Of a DNA stretch of 64,000 nucleotides, positions 10,720-22,046 are shown in pieces (the stretch's first letter is position 1; every line of letters starts with the position of its first letter). Location: contig OY730476.1 in NCBI GenBank assembly GCA_963422735.1, positions 2,880,001-2,944,000 on the forward strand, read 5' to 3'. The translations under genes and the position numbers were made by a program. The DNA comes from Candidatus Latescibacterota bacterium (lineage in GTDB: Bacteria; Latescibacterota; UBA2968; UBA8231). The notes under the pieces were generated by a model. That model did no database searches. It was given only the letters and a program-made list of their open reading frames with translations, and was not told the origin of the DNA.

Positions 10720-11747
10720 GGTCGTTCGGCTGAGCGCCGACGAGAGCGGCATGGTCCTGCAAACGCCGCAGATCAGCCGCGTCAGGGGCACTGCTCAACT
10801 TGATCTCAAAGGCCCATACGTGGCCGCGATACTTCAGCAGCAAGTCAATCTCCCGCTGGTCGCTGGTCCGCAGATAGAACGCCTCGCAAGCGCGGCCAGC
10901 ACTTTGCAGGTGGCCTAATAGCTGCTCGATCACCCATCCTTTCCAACTCGTTCCGACCCACGGCTGGTCAAATACGTGGCTTTCGCGTTCGAGACCCAGC
11001 AAAGAATGCAAGAGCACCGTATCGCGCCAGTAGAGCTTGGGACGCTTGACGAAGCGTTTGTGTAGATTCGCAGTATAGGCCGGCAGCCGACGGATCAGGA
11101 AGGCCTGCTCTATGAAGTCGGTATATGTATTGACGGTGTGATAACTCAACCCCAAGCTCTTGCCAAGTTGGGAAGCGTTCCACATCTGGCCGTGCAGCGC
11201 GGCCAACATGCGGAAGAGCCGCTGAATGAGCACTGGCTGGGCGGGCAGGCCCCAAGAAGGTAGGTCGCGCTGGGCCATGAGCGCGAGGTAGTTTTGCTGC
11301 CAATCGGAGAAGCGGCTGGCGTCGAGGATGCCGCCGTCGGAATAACCTCCCCTTTGCCAGAGGCTATCCCACTCTTCAGCGAGCCGTTCCAGCGCCAGGA
11401 AACCGGTGAGTTCGCACAGGGCTAGGCGCATCAGGGCGGGAGCAACCGAGCCGAGAACCATAGCACTTGCTGTCCTCGTCGATGGCCGCACACAAGCGCG
11501 GAAAGAGTTCGGGCTTGGCTTGGATTTCATCGAGGGTAACCAACTGCTGCGTTCCCATCAATTCTTCCCAAGTGACTTCGAGACGCAGCCGGTCTTGGGG
11601 ATTTTCTAGATCAAAATAATGGCCCTCGAATGCTTTAGCTAGGGTCGTCTTATCCGTCTGGCGCGCCCCGCTCAGGGCCACGGCCGGATAGTGCGAGAGT
11701 TGAGCGTCGATTTGCCTTTTAAGCAATCTAGAGATCATATCTGGCAA
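10720..11747 (-). pseudogene. AAA_14 ATPase + DUF4143 protein, disrupted
   Basis: Degenerate Walker A (GARQTDKTT), LDEIQ, KRPKLYWRD, YLRTSDQREIDL, FEIK. Split between frames near 11450, with internal deletions. Confidence 0.8.
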
Positions 11748-11821
11748 AATAGAAATGAATTTCTATTTTGCAAATTCTCGCCACGCGGAAGCGAGCCAGC
11801 TTGTAGAGCGGATCTGCTACC

Positions 11822-13006
11822 TCACCCTGTCCCTCTCGCGCCAGCGTCGAGGGCGCGCACCGCGGCAATAGCCGCGGCAATCCACCTGAGATTGCGCCGA
11901 GAAATCATACCGTAATTGTAATACGAGAATCGACGCGCCCCTGTTTCGCAAACCGCGGTGATGACCGCTCGCATCTGTTCGGCGCTATCTATGGGTTTGT
12001 GGCCGTTCAGGCCACAGATCAACATGGACGGATCCTCCATGCCGGCTAGGGTCTCCTCCGCTTTCTGGCTGGCCTCCTCCGGCGAGTTGCTGTAGCACAG
12101 GATATTGACCCGGTCAACGATCTTTTCGATGGCTTTGCGCTCAATGCCATTGTTGTAATAATTGCCCATGTACAAGAAAGAGACGGGCATTTTTACGGCC
12201 TCTTTTACCTCCGCGGCCAACGACGTCACCGTATCCGCCCGCATTTTTACGTACTCGTGTACCAAGGGCTGGTCGGCGACAAATTCTTCCACGCTGCGCT
12301 CCAGCGGACCATCCTCGAAGATGCCCAAGAGCCATTTTTCCACCTTCCCCTTCAGCTCGCCTACATCCATGCCCCTGTCCGCGGCCCGTTGCGCACAATC
12401 AGCGCAAAAGCACAGCGACATCAACAGCGAGCCTACTGCTCCGAGCTCGACCCCCACTTTGGCGTGGTTGCGGAACATGCCAAAGCCCATATAGTGGAGG
12501 GATTCGTACTCGATCATCTGCACATCGTAGTTGGTCGCCAAGTCCAAACTCAAGCCGCGTACGTACTCCCGCACCTCGGGATTGGCCGGACACAGGCAAC
12601 CCGGATAGCGATCCCCAAACACGCCAAGCAGGGCGCAATCGGGATGCTGCTTGGCCATGTAGTGATTGTGGAGAGGCACGGTCCACGAAATCAGTTCCAG
12701 ACCGCGCGCACGGCAAGCCTCGGCGATGATCCGCACCGGATCTTGGTCCCGGGCCATAGGATGCACGTGCGGCTTGATTTTGCTGCCTTGGTACAGCCCG
12801 CTCTGGGGCTGGAAGTAGATGGCGTCCTCGTACCCGGAAAAGAGCTTTTTGCCGGGCATGTGGGTGCGCAGTGCATCGTAGGTGTGATAGACCGTGGATA
12901 GGCTGATCGCATCCAGCCCTACCTCTTCCTTGAGGAAGCCGATGACGCGGTCCACCCCCTCGTCGATCACATCCCAAGGATAGGTCCACATAGTCGTATG
13001 GATCAT
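11822..13006 (-). CDS. Glycoside hydrolase-like TIM-barrel protein of unknown function
   Basis: WTYPWD, LCPANPEVREY, CFCADC, FSYYNYG. GGAGG RBS upstream. Confidence 0.6.
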   Translation of the reverse strand: MIHTTMWTYPWDVIDEGVDRVIGFLKEEVGLDAISLSTVYHTYDALRTHMPGKKLFSGYEDAIYFQPQSGLYQGSKIKPHVHPMARDQDPVRIIAEACRARGLELISWTVPLHNHYMAKQHPDCALLGVFGDRYPGCLCPANPEVREYVRGLSLDLATNYDVQMIEYESLHYMGFGMFRNHAKVGVELGAVGSLLMSLCFCADCAQRAADRGMDVGELKGKVEKWLLGIFEDGPLERSVEEFVADQPLVHEYVKMRADTVTSLAAEVKEAVKMPVSFLYMGNYYNNGIERKAIEKIVDRVNILCYSNSPEEASQKAEETLAGMEDPSMLICGLNGHKPIDSAEQMRAVITAVCETGARRFSYYNYGMISRRNLRWIAAAIAAVRALDAGARGTG

Positions 13007-13042
13007 GGTTATGCCTCCTTTTCGCCGAATGGCTAGTAGTGT

Positions 13043-14005
13043 CTATTCTTCTATGTCTAACGAGTCAGGTGCGCCAAATTTCAACTCGTGCCCGGCGGAC
13101 TGTTCCACCTGCCACACCCGCCAGTAGCCCCGCAGACGTCGAGTGAACTCCCGCGGCCGTTCCAAGTAGATGCGCTCTGCCAGCAGACGTGCCCGGGCCT
13201 GCATTCGAGCGCGCACCTCGTCAGTTCGCCTTTCCAAGGCACGCAACGTAGCCGTGGCTCCGGCCCTAGGGAACTCGGCCAAAACCGTGGCACTCAATAC
13301 CGCTAGGTCGTGATCCTGGCCTAGTAGTTCCCCTAGTTGGTCTAGTTCCGTGGCTCGGGCCTTCATGATCGACGGCCAGATATTCTCCAGTATCTGAGTG
13401 TGATACCACAGGTACTTCGCCTGTTTGCGCCAGTCGTGGAATGCCTCGTCGCCGGGCCGTTCGTAGGCTGCAGCAAAGTTGCGCCGGCCCCGCGCGTATA
13501 TCCGCTGCAATCCCACCCGGATCCCTCCCCAGCCTAAGTGCTGCAGATGCCAATTTTCCAAGCGCTCGCGGGCCTGCGCGAGGTCGGCGATCACCTCCTG
13601 AACGGCCCGATCACTGCTGGCCGCTTGGCTATATGCCCGGTCGCGGCGTTCCACCAGCCACACCCGCACTCGGACGAACCGGCTTTTCGGCACGTCTTTG
13701 CCCAGAGATTCCACCAAGCTGTCCAAAGTCTCGACCAAGACCGTGGAGTCGCGCAGCCCCGAAAGCCGCTGGCCGGCATCCCGATAGCACTGGTTTTCCA
13801 AGGCGTACACCTCGTCTCCCAGTTCGCAACGGACCAAGCGCACCAAGGCCCGCAGGCACTTGGTGGCCTTGCGGGCCTCGTGAATGTGCTTGTCTCGTTC
13901 CCCGTCCTGGCATCCGAGATGCACAAGGGCCTTATCGAGCTGTGCAGCGGCCATCCGCCGCACCCCTTCGGGCACGCTCTCACCCTGTTTCAGGCGATAT
14001 TCCAT
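13043..14005 (-). CDS. CHAD domain protein (polyphosphate-binding)
   Basis: IHEARKATK.LRALVRL, FHDWRKQAKYLWY, LGQDHDLAVL are CHAD motifs. Confidence 0.9.
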   Translation of the reverse strand: MEYRLKQGESVPEGVRRMAAAQLDKALVHLGCQDGERDKHIHEARKATKCLRALVRLVRCELGDEVYALENQCYRDAGQRLSGLRDSTVLVETLDSLVESLGKDVPKSRFVRVRVWLVERRDRAYSQAASSDRAVQEVIADLAQARERLENWHLQHLGWGGIRVGLQRIYARGRRNFAAAYERPGDEAFHDWRKQAKYLWYHTQILENIWPSIMKARATELDQLGELLGQDHDLAVLSATVLAEFPRAGATATLRALERRTDEVRARMQARARLLAERIYLERPREFTRRLRGYWRVWQVEQSAGHELKFGAPDSLDIEE

Positions 14006-14166
14006 GGAGCCAATCTATTTTTTAAACCTATGGTAGCGTTGCTATCCAATTTATACAACTGACGGTACGCACCTTAAGACCGCTTGCGGTTCTATGTCCA
14101 AGCGGATGGGTTTCCCTCCCGGCCTCATTTGAGACCGCGTGGCTCTGAATAAACCAAGGTGAGCTA

Positions 14167-14898
14167 TCACAATTTCAGCCTCTTAAAAATGCGCTCGGGG
14201 ATGCTCTTGACCGCGAGCATGATCCAGCGCCAAAAAAACGGAGTGTAGAGCACGTCTTTTTTTTGGCGATAGGCGCGCACGATGTCGGCGGCCACTCTCT
14301 CCGGCGACGCGACCCAAAAAAGCCCATCTAGCCCCTCGGTCATCGGCGTATCGACGAACCCGGGCTTGACGGTCAAAACGTGTACGGATGTCGCGGCTAA
14401 CCGGTTGCGCAGCCCTTGCAAGAAAATCGACAGCCCCCCCTTGGCCGCCCCATAGGTGTAGTTGCCCTGGCGGCCCCGATCGCCGGCCACGGACGAGATG
14501 GCAATAATACCAGCCGGCGTGCCCTTTTCTTCTAAATAGTTGGTCAAATGCGCGAGAGCGATGGCCGCGCCGGTGAAGTTGGCGTTGAGGATGTGGGCCA
14601 TCTCGTCGGTGTCGCGCTGCGCGGTGTGCGCGTCTCCGAGATAGCCGAAGGCGAGAACGACCAAATCGAAGGGGCCGACGCGCTCGTGAACCTGTTGCGG
14701 CAAGCGCGCCAAAGCCGCAAAGTCCAAGGCGTCGAACTCGATCAGTTCCACCTGGCACGAGCGTTTGAGCCGCAAGTTCGCGGCAAAAGGCTCCAGCTCA
14801 CTACACCCGCGGGCCGCCAGCGCGAAGTCATAGCTGTCGAGGCACTCGACGATGGCTTGGGCGATCGCCGACTTCGCCCCCAAAACCAAGGCCCTCAT
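14167..14898 (-). CDS. SDR oxidoreductase, DprE2-like (polyprenylphosphoryl-2-keto-ribose reductase)
   Basis: VLGAKSAIA, ISSVAGDRGR, YGAAK, VKPGFVDTPMT. ATGA overlap with the upstream FAD oxidase. Confidence 0.85.
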   Translation of the reverse strand: MRALVLGAKSAIAQAIVECLDSYDFALAARGCSELEPFAANLRLKRSCQVELIEFDALDFAALARLPQQVHERVGPFDLVVLAFGYLGDAHTAQRDTDEMAHILNANFTGAAIALAHLTNYLEEKGTPAGIIAISSVAGDRGRQGNYTYGAAKGGLSIFLQGLRNRLAATSVHVLTVKPGFVDTPMTEGLDGLFWVASPERVAADIVRAYRQKKDVLYTPFFWRWIMLAVKSIPERIFKRLKL

Positions 14899-16298
14899 GT
14901 GATCCCCAAGCGGTCGGATAGACAAGAGCGGAAGCGGTGCTCGGGGTCGTATTTGCGCTTGACCGCTTTGAATTGTTCCAGTTGCGGATACATAGCGGCG
15001 AAATCCTCCCTTTCCAAAATGGCATCCTTGGCCAGATAGACGCGGCCTTTGGCCTCGACGATGATTTTGTTTAGTGCGCGCAAGAAGGGGATCGTCCCGG
15101 CTTCGCGCAAGGGAATGTCCAGCGCGAGGGTATAACCAGCTATGGGAAAAGAAAGCAAGCCCTCGCTCGGCGGCCCAAAGGTCTTGAGCACAGCCAAGGG
15201 CGAAGCCACGCCTTGGCGGACGATGCGCCCGAGCAGGTCGGCGATCACCTCTGGACCATCGGCATAGGGCACGGCGATCTGGTATTGCAAAAAACCTCGG
15301 CGACCGTACAGGCGGTTCCAGCCGCGGATGGCGTCGAGCGGATAGAAGTACGGGTCGTAGTGGACGAGCGCGTCGGTCGCACGGCGCACTTGGCGATGGT
15401 AATAGAGGGCGTTAAACGCCTTCAGCAACTTGGCATTGAGTACGCCACCGGACAAGAAGAACGGCACGGCCCAGCGGCCATCGCCGTGGATGGAAAAGGG
15501 CGGCTTGCCCTTGAGATCGCGCACACTGGCGTGTTCCCCCAGCAAGACGCGGCCGCGTCCTAGCTGCCGGCCCTTTTGCAGGCTGTCAATCCACGCAACC
15601 GAATAGGTGTACTGATGCTGGGTCTCCGTGCAAACGCGGCACATCTCGGCCCAATTTGCCGTCTTGATGGCGCGCTGCCGGATGTACGCCGACGGCACCT
15701 TTTTTAGCCGCAGCGTCGCCGCATAGATAAAGCCCGTCAAGCCCATGCCGCCGAGCGTGGCCCAAAACAGGTCGGCGCACTGGTTGCGCGAGCAGCGCAC
15801 GAGCGAGCCATCGGCCAACACCATGTCCAGCGATTCGACAAAAGCGGCGATGGAACCCTCGGCGTGGTGGTTTTTGCCGTGGACATCCGCGGCAATGCAG
15901 CCACCGAGCGTGGGGAACTTGGTCCCCGGCGTAACGGGCGGGAAAAAGCCGCGCGGCAGGGCAAAGCGGATGATGTCCGCGAAGGTAATGCCGGCTTGAG
16001 CGTGCAAAAGCCCGCGCTGCGGATCGAAGTCGAGCAGGTGCTTGAGGGGCAGGGTGGAGACGACGCGCTCGTACAGACAGGCATCGCCGTAGGAGCGGCA
16101 ACTGCCTTGGGGCAAAATCGGAGTCGCGGCGGCGCGGCCGAGGTCGCTTAGGTAGTGCGCACGCTGAACCGAGGCGGCGACGAGCGGGTACAGCCCCCAG
16201 CCGGAAGTGGCGATTTTTTTGTCCAAGAGCCGAAGTAGGTCGAGTGATTTTTCTCTTAAAAAGATAATATGATAAATAATATGATGAACGTTACGCAT
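14895..16298 (-). CDS. FAD-binding oxidoreductase, DprE1-like (polyprenylphosphoryl-ribose 2'-oxidase)
   Basis: RSYGD, PVTPGTKF.TLGG, DVHGKNHH, FYPLD...WNRLYG.RGFLQYQ, GYTLALD, RVYLAKD. True start may lie near 16220-16250. Confidence 0.88.
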   Translation of the reverse strand: MRNVHHIIYHIIFLREKSLDLLRLLDKKIATSGWGLYPLVAASVQRAHYLSDLGRAAATPILPQGSCRSYGDACLYERVVSTLPLKHLLDFDPQRGLLHAQAGITFADIIRFALPRGFFPPVTPGTKFPTLGGCIAADVHGKNHHAEGSIAAFVESLDMVLADGSLVRCSRNQCADLFWATLGGMGLTGFIYAATLRLKKVPSAYIRQRAIKTANWAEMCRVCTETQHQYTYSVAWIDSLQKGRQLGRGRVLLGEHASVRDLKGKPPFSIHGDGRWAVPFFLSGGVLNAKLLKAFNALYYHRQVRRATDALVHYDPYFYPLDAIRGWNRLYGRRGFLQYQIAVPYADGPEVIADLLGRIVRQGVASPLAVLKTFGPPSEGLLSFPIAGYTLALDIPLREAGTIPFLRALNKIIVEAKGRVYLAKDAILEREDFAAMYPQLEQFKAVKRKYDPEHRFRSCLSDRLGIT

Positions 16299-16506
16299 CG
16301 TCCTGCCTGTGCGCGAGGCGCTGGTCGCCCTAGAGATGCTTCGCTTCCCTGCGCCTTGTTCACACCAGCTATCTATCTCGCCTAAAGGCGCGGTGAAGCA
16401 CCCTGCCTACTTCCCCGCGCCCTGTTGATGGGGTTTATTTTCCTTTATTTTTCGTTGATAGGAAGTTCGCACACCGCGCCTCAAGCAACATGAGAGGAGG
16501 GTTGCC

Positions 16507-17067
16507 ATGCTCAACCCCACGCCGGCCGTCAAGTTCACCTATGAAGACTACCGGCACACCCCAGAAGACCAGCGCTATGAGTTGTTGGACGGAAAGCTGA
16601 TTGTGGCCCCCGCGCCCAACTTAGGGCACCAGCGAATTGACACACGGCTAGGAGCACTGCTCCATACCTTCACACAGGAGAAAAACTTGGGCGAGGTCTT
16701 CCACGCGCCCTGCGACGTGGTGCTGTCAAATACGGACGTGGTACAGCCAGACCTGCTGTTCGTCTCCCACGAGCGAGCGCACCTGTTGCTCGGCGGCGAT
16801 AATGTCCTCGGCGCACCGGACTTGGCCGTCGAGATCCTGTCCCCGTCCACCGCTGGGCGAGACCGGAAGCTCAAACGCGCCCTATACGCCAAGCACGGCG
16901 TGAAGGAATATTGGCTGGTCGATCCAGATGCCCGGACGGTGACAGTGCTGCGGCTGGATGCGGGTGCCTTCGAGGTGGTGGCCCTGTACGGCGAGGGGCA
17001 GACGATGACCTCGCCCGCGCTCGCCGGCTTCACCGCTGACCTGAACGAAATTTTCGGCCCGCGCTGA
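16507..17067 (+). CDS. Uma2 (DUF820) family putative endonuclease
   Basis: [51 protein letters not shown]. Confidence 0.93.
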   Translation: MLNPTPAVKFTYEDYRHTPEDQRYELLDGKLIVAPAPNLGHQRIDTRLGALLHTFTQEKNLGEVFHAPCDVVLSNTDVVQPDLLFVSHERAHLLLGGDNVLGAPDLAVEILSPSTAGRDRKLKRALYAKHGVKEYWLVDPDARTVTVLRLDAGAFEVVALYGEGQTMTSPALAGFTADLNEIFGPR

Positions 17068-17087
17068 TCCGGGTACTGGGCGAGGAG

Positions 17088-19283
17088 GTGAGTGCGACTA
17101 TGCAGGCAACGCTTGAGCCGCAAACAATAGAGGCCCTTGTACGCGGCGAGTGCGCCAATGTGTTCGCGGTCTTGGGCATGCACCCTTTAGACGACGGATG
17201 GATCGTGCGCACGTTCTTGCCCGATGCGGCGCACGTGCGGGTCGTGGAACGGGGGGGGCAAGGTGCCAGCTTTCCGGCGGCCAAGATCCATGCCGAGGGG
17301 CTGTTCGAGGCGCGAATCGCCTGTCGCAGCACGCCCTTTGCTTACCATCTAGAGGTGACAGACGCACAGGGCGTGGTTCGCGACTGCCGCGACCCGTACT
17401 CATTCTGGCCGCAGTTTGCGCCCCAAGACCAATACCTCTTCAACGAAGGAACGCATTACCACGCCTATGAGGTGCTAGGGGCTCATCCGCGCTGCATCGA
17501 CGGGACGGCGGGCACGTACTTCGCGGTGTGGGCACCGAGTGCCCGCAGGGTCAGCGTGGTCGGCGATTTCAACGGCTGGGATGGTCGGCGGCACTGTATG
17601 CGCCCGTTGGGCGCGGCCGGAGTCTGGGAATTGTTCATCCCCGAGGTGGGTGCGGGTGCGCTCTATAAGTACGAAATCCTCAGCCGCGCCAGCGACGTGC
17701 TGCTCAAGAGCGACCCCTTTGCCTTTGCGGCCGAGTTGCCGCCCCGCACCGCTTCCACAGTCTGCCGGGGCGATGCGTTCGCTTGGGGCGACGACGCTTG
17801 GATGGCCGAGCGACGAGCGAGCAATTGGCCGGAAGCTCCCCTCGCCATCTACGAGGTGCATCTCGGCTCCTGGCGGCGCGATGGCGATGCCTATCTCGAC
17901 TATCGCACACTGGCTCACCAATTGGTCGCTCACGTGGCCGAACTGGGCTTTTCCCACATCGAGTTGATGCCGATAGCCGAGCATCCCTTCGACGGATCGT
18001 GGGGGTATCAAGGAACTGGGTATTTCGCCCCGAGCGCACGCTTTGGTGCCCCTGAGGACTTTGCTTATTTCATCGACTATTGCCACCGCCACGCCATTGG
18101 CGTGATTCTCGACTGGGTGCCCGGGCATTTCCCCGATGACGCCCACGGCTTGGCCCAGTTTGACGGCACCAGCCTCTACGAGCACCGCGACCCGCGCCAA
18201 GGACGGCATCCCGATTGGCAGACCTGCATATTCAACTACGGCCGCGCCGAAGTCCGCTCCTTTCTCATTTCCAACGCCCTTTTTTGGCTCGAGCGCTTTC
18301 ACATTGACGGCCTGCGGGTCGATGCAGTGGCCTCCATGCTCTATCTCGATTACTCGCGCTTAGAAGGGGAATGGGTGCCCAACGCCTATGGCGGGCGCGA
18401 AAACCTCGAAGCCATCGACTTCCTCAAACAGCTCAACACGGCCATCGGCGAGCACTGCCCCGGCACTTTGATGATCGCCGAGGAATCGACTGCTTGGCCG
18501 GAGGTTTCCCGGCCGGCCGACGCCGGCGGCCTCGGCTTTGGCTTCAAGTGGAACATGGGCTGGATGAACGACGTGCTGCGCTACATGCAGCGCGATCCGA
18601 TCCACCGCCGCCATCACCAAGCCGACCTGACCTTTGGCATGCTCTACGCCTATTGCGAAAACTTCGTGTTGCCGCTGTCGCACGACGAGGTAGTACACGG
18701 CAAGTGCTCGCTCTTGAGCAAGATGCCCGGGGACGCTTGGCAGCAACTGGCCAACTTGCGCTTGCTCTACGGCTTGATGTACGGGCATCCAGGCAAGAAG
18801 CTACTCTTTATGGGAGCCGAACTGGCGCAGTGGGAAGAGTGGGATCACCAAGGCGAGTTGCACTGGCACCTGCTCGACGACGAGAGCCACCGCGGCGTCT
18901 ATCGCTGGCTCGGCGATCTGAACCGGCTCTATCGCCGCTGCGCGGCCCTACACCGCACCGATGCGTATCCCGATGGTTTTGAATGGATCGATTGCTCGGA
19001 CTCTAGGCAGAGCATCGCGGCTTTTGCGCGCCGCGCCGAGGGCGAAAAACCCTTAGTCTTCGTCTGCAATTTTACCCCAGTCCCCCGAGTGGACTACCAG
19101 CTCGGGCTACCAGCCGCCGGGCCGTACCGCGAGGTGCTCAACAGCGACGCCGAAATCTACGGTGGCAGCGGCATAGGCCACGGCGGCTGGGTGCAAACCG
19201 AGGAAGTCGCCTGCCACGGCCAGCCGCATTCGGCGCGGTTGCACCTGCCGCCGCTGGGCGTGCTGGTTCTAGAGCCGAAATAG
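17088..19283 (+). CDS. glgB: 1,4-alpha-glucan branching enzyme
   Basis: [69 protein letters not shown]. Confidence 0.97.
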   Translation: MSATMQATLEPQTIEALVRGECANVFAVLGMHPLDDGWIVRTFLPDAAHVRVVERGGQGASFPAAKIHAEGLFEARIACRSTPFAYHLEVTDAQGVVRDCRDPYSFWPQFAPQDQYLFNEGTHYHAYEVLGAHPRCIDGTAGTYFAVWAPSARRVSVVGDFNGWDGRRHCMRPLGAAGVWELFIPEVGAGALYKYEILSRASDVLLKSDPFAFAAELPPRTASTVCRGDAFAWGDDAWMAERRASNWPEAPLAIYEVHLGSWRRDGDAYLDYRTLAHQLVAHVAELGFSHIELMPIAEHPFDGSWGYQGTGYFAPSARFGAPEDFAYFIDYCHRHAIGVILDWVPGHFPDDAHGLAQFDGTSLYEHRDPRQGRHPDWQTCIFNYGRAEVRSFLISNALFWLERFHIDGLRVDAVASMLYLDYSRLEGEWVPNAYGGRENLEAIDFLKQLNTAIGEHCPGTLMIAEESTAWPEVSRPADAGGLGFGFKWNMGWMNDVLRYMQRDPIHRRHHQADLTFGMLYAYCENFVLPLSHDEVVHGKCSLLSKMPGDAWQQLANLRLLYGLMYGHPGKKLLFMGAELAQWEEWDHQGELHWHLLDDESHRGVYRWLGDLNRLYRRCAALHRTDAYPDGFEWIDCSDSRQSIAAFARRAEGEKPLVFVCNFTPVPRVDYQLGLPAAGPYREVLNSDAEIYGGSGIGHGGWVQTEEVACHGQPHSARLHLPPLGVLVLEPK

Positions 19284-19288
19284 AGGCC

Positions 19289-20128
19289 ATGCTTGAGATA
19301 ATTTCACACCGTGAACTGCGGCGGCTCGGCAAACAGCGCCTTGCGCTGATCGGCGGCGCGGTTTTGGCGGGCGCGGTTCTAGCCGCGCTGTTAGCACCGC
19401 TGTTGGCACCATACGATCCACTGGCGCAAAACCTCTATGCGCGCTTGCAGCCGCCGTCGGCGAGCCATTGGCTGGGAACGGACGACTTTGGCCGCGACAT
19501 CTTCAGCCGCATCGTGTACGGCGCCCGCATCTCATTGCGGATCGGGCTGGTCGCCATCGCGCTGGCCGCTTCCTCCGGCACCTTGCTCGGCCTCGTGGCG
19601 GGGTATCGCGGCGGGGTCGCCGACATGCTCATCATGCGGCTGATGGACTTGATGCTGGCCTTCCCCAGCATCCTTTTGGCCATTGCCATCGTCGCCGTCA
19701 TTGGGCCGGGCATCGACAATGCCATTCTCGCCGTCAGCATCGTGTTGGTGCCGCAATTTGCCCGCCTCATGCGCTCCTCGGTGTTGACCGTGCGCGAGGC
19801 CACGTACGTCGAGGCCGCACGTGCGCTGGGGGCGAGCGAATCGCGGCTGCTGTTTTACAGCATCTTACCCAACTGCACAGTCCCGCTCATCGTGCAAGCC
19901 ACGCTCAGCTTGGGCACGGCCATCCTCGACGCGGCCGGGTTGAGCTTTTTGGGATTGGGGGCCCAGCCGCCGACCCCCGAGTGGGGGGCCATGCTGTCCG
20001 GGGGGCGCGAACTGCTCTTACAAGCACCTTGGGTTATGGCTTTTCCCGGGCTGGCCATCTTTGCAGTCGTCCTCGCGCTCAACCTCTTTGGCGACGGGCT
20101 TAGAGACGCCTTGGATCCAAAAATTTAG
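19289..20128 (+). CDS. dppC: Peptide/nickel ABC transporter permease (DppC/OppC family)
   Basis: HWLGTDDFGRD, YVEAARALGAS, LSFLGLGAQPPTPEWG, FGDGLRDALDP. Confidence 0.93.
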   Translation: MLEIISHRELRRLGKQRLALIGGAVLAGAVLAALLAPLLAPYDPLAQNLYARLQPPSASHWLGTDDFGRDIFSRIVYGARISLRIGLVAIALAASSGTLLGLVAGYRGGVADMLIMRLMDLMLAFPSILLAIAIVAVIGPGIDNAILAVSIVLVPQFARLMRSSVLTVREATYVEAARALGASESRLLFYSILPNCTVPLIVQATLSLGTAILDAAGLSFLGLGAQPPTPEWGAMLSGGRELLLQAPWVMAFPGLAIFAVVLALNLFGDGLRDALDPKI

Positions 20129-20152
20129 ACTCTCCACCAATGGAGACCGCAG

Positions 20153-21394
20153 ATGAACCCAATTCCGGCACAACCTACTGCCCCGGCACGCATTGAATAT
20201 CTGAAGGTGCAGAACTTCCGTGCCCTGCGGCATGTCGAGCTCAAAAACCTGACGCCGCTAACGGTGTTGCTCGGCCCCAACGGCAGCGGCAAGTCCACCG
20301 TATTCGACGTGTTCGCTTTTCTGGCGGAATGCTTCGAGTTGGGACTGCGCCGCGCCTGGGATAAGCGCGGGCGGAGCAAAGAGCTTACGTCCCGAGGCAA
20401 GGATGGACCGGTAGTAATCGAGATCAAGTACCGAGAGCAGCCGGGACAGCCGCTCATCACCTACCACTTGGCCGTCGACGAGCGCAACCGCGCCCCGGTG
20501 GTCGCCGAAGAGTGGCTTCAATGGCGGCGGGGCCAGCGCGGAAAACCGTTTCGATTCCTCCAATACGAGCGCGGCCAAGGCCGGGCGGTCAGCGGCGATC
20601 AGCCAGACGAACAGGATAGACGGATAGAAATCCCTCTCAACGCACCCGACCTGCTGGCAGTCAATGCCCTAGGACAGTTCGCCGATCACCCACGCGTGGC
20701 AGCACTGCGCCAGTTCATCACGGGCTGGCATGTCTCGTATCTCTCGGCAGACAGCGCACGCAGCCAGCCCGAAGCTGGGCCGCAAGAGCAGTTGAGCAAA
20801 ATGGGCGACAACCTCGCCAACGTCATTCAGTACTTGGCCGAGCAGCACCCAGAGCGACTCGAGCGCATCTTTGAGGTGCTGCGCCAGCGCGTACCGCGCA
20901 TTGAAAAGGTATTGGCCGATACCATGCCCGACGGCCGCCTGCTGTTGCAAATCAAGGACGCTCCGTTCAGCCATCCGGTGCTGGCGCGCTTCGCCTCCGA
21001 CGGTACGCTCAAAATGCTGGCCTACCTCGTGCTGCTCCACGACCCTGCCCCACCGCCTTTTATCGGCATCGAGGAGCCGGAGAATTTCCTCCATCCCCGG
21101 CTGCTTCTGGAACTGGCCGAGGAGTGCCGCGCAGCCGGCGAGCGCACCCAGCTATTGGTCACCACGCATTCCCCTTTCTTCCTCAACGCTTTGCGACCCA
21201 AAGAGGTGCGCGTCCTCTGGCGCGACGACGAGGGCTACACGCAAACGCAATGCGTCGCGGATATAGAGGAAGTGCGGGCGTTCATCGATCAAGGAGCACT
21301 GCTCGGCCACCTGTGGATGGAGGGTTACTTCAACGTGGGCGATCCACTAGTCAACCAAGGCGGGACTACCGGACCACCCACTCAGACAGGATAA
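20153..21394 (+). CDS. ABC-type ATPase (AAA_21/AAA_15, AbiEii/OLD-like)
   Basis: LKVQNFRAL; Walker A GPNGSGKS; signature ASDGT; Walker B/D-loop [13 protein letters not shown]; H-loop TTHS. No transmembrane segments. Confidence 0.9.
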   Translation: MNPIPAQPTAPARIEYLKVQNFRALRHVELKNLTPLTVLLGPNGSGKSTVFDVFAFLAECFELGLRRAWDKRGRSKELTSRGKDGPVVIEIKYREQPGQPLITYHLAVDERNRAPVVAEEWLQWRRGQRGKPFRFLQYERGQGRAVSGDQPDEQDRRIEIPLNAPDLLAVNALGQFADHPRVAALRQFITGWHVSYLSADSARSQPEAGPQEQLSKMGDNLANVIQYLAEQHPERLERIFEVLRQRVPRIEKVLADTMPDGRLLLQIKDAPFSHPVLARFASDGTLKMLAYLVLLHDPAPPPFIGIEEPENFLHPRLLLELAEECRAAGERTQLLVTTHSPFFLNALRPKEVRVLWRDDEGYTQTQCVADIEEVRAFIDQGALLGHLWMEGYFNVGDPLVNQGGTTGPPTQTG

Positions 21395-22012
21395 ATGATG
21401 ACGCATCCCCATCTCGAATTTCTGGTCGAAGAACCTTCTATGGAGGCATTCCTGCATGTATTACTCCCGCGCCTGTTTTCCGACTGCACCTTTCGCGTCC
21501 ATGCGTTTCAGGGCAAACCAGACATGTTGGATAAATTACAGGCTCGCCTAAAGGGCTACGCCCATTGGCCGTCGAACTATGGGCGTATCGTCGTGGTGAT
21601 TGATTGCGACGACGACGATTGCCACCAACTCAAGCAACAACTCAAAGAGGCAGCGACCACAGCGGGGTTGAGCACTCGTTCAGGATCCGGTAGGCACCGC
21701 TGGCAAGTGGTAAACCGCATCGCAATTGAAGAAATTGAAGCGTGGTACTTCGGCGATTGGGAGGCGGTGAGATGCGCCTATCCGAAGGTGTCGCCAACCG
21801 TTCCAAGTCAAGCAAAATATCGCAACCCCGATGCGATAAAAGGCGGCACTTGGGAGGCGTTTGAACGCATCTTGCAGAAAGGCGGCTACTACAAAAATGG
21901 GCTACGCAAAGCAGAAGCGGCGCGTACCATTGCCGCTCACATCAACCCCGCCGGCAGCCGCTCCCAGAGCTTTGCGAAATTCTGCGACGCTCTCGTCGAG
22001 GCGATGGCATAA
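21395..22012 (+). CDS. DUF4276-like (TOPRIM-fold) protein
   Basis: FLVEEPS, IDCD (DxD), EEIEAWYFGD, RSQSF motifs. Starts immediately after the ATPase stop. Confidence 0.8.
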   Translation: MMTHPHLEFLVEEPSMEAFLHVLLPRLFSDCTFRVHAFQGKPDMLDKLQARLKGYAHWPSNYGRIVVVIDCDDDDCHQLKQQLKEAATTAGLSTRSGSGRHRWQVVNRIAIEEIEAWYFGDWEAVRCAYPKVSPTVPSQAKYRNPDAIKGGTWEAFERILQKGGYYKNGLRKAEAARTIAAHINPAGSRSQSFAKFCDALVEAMA

Positions 22013-22046
22013 TGCGCGGCTTCCTAGACACCGCTAATACCAGATT

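Noticed and set aside
16507-17067. Uma2 gene as a restriction system
   Set aside because: A solitary member of a commonly expanded family, with no methylase adjacent.
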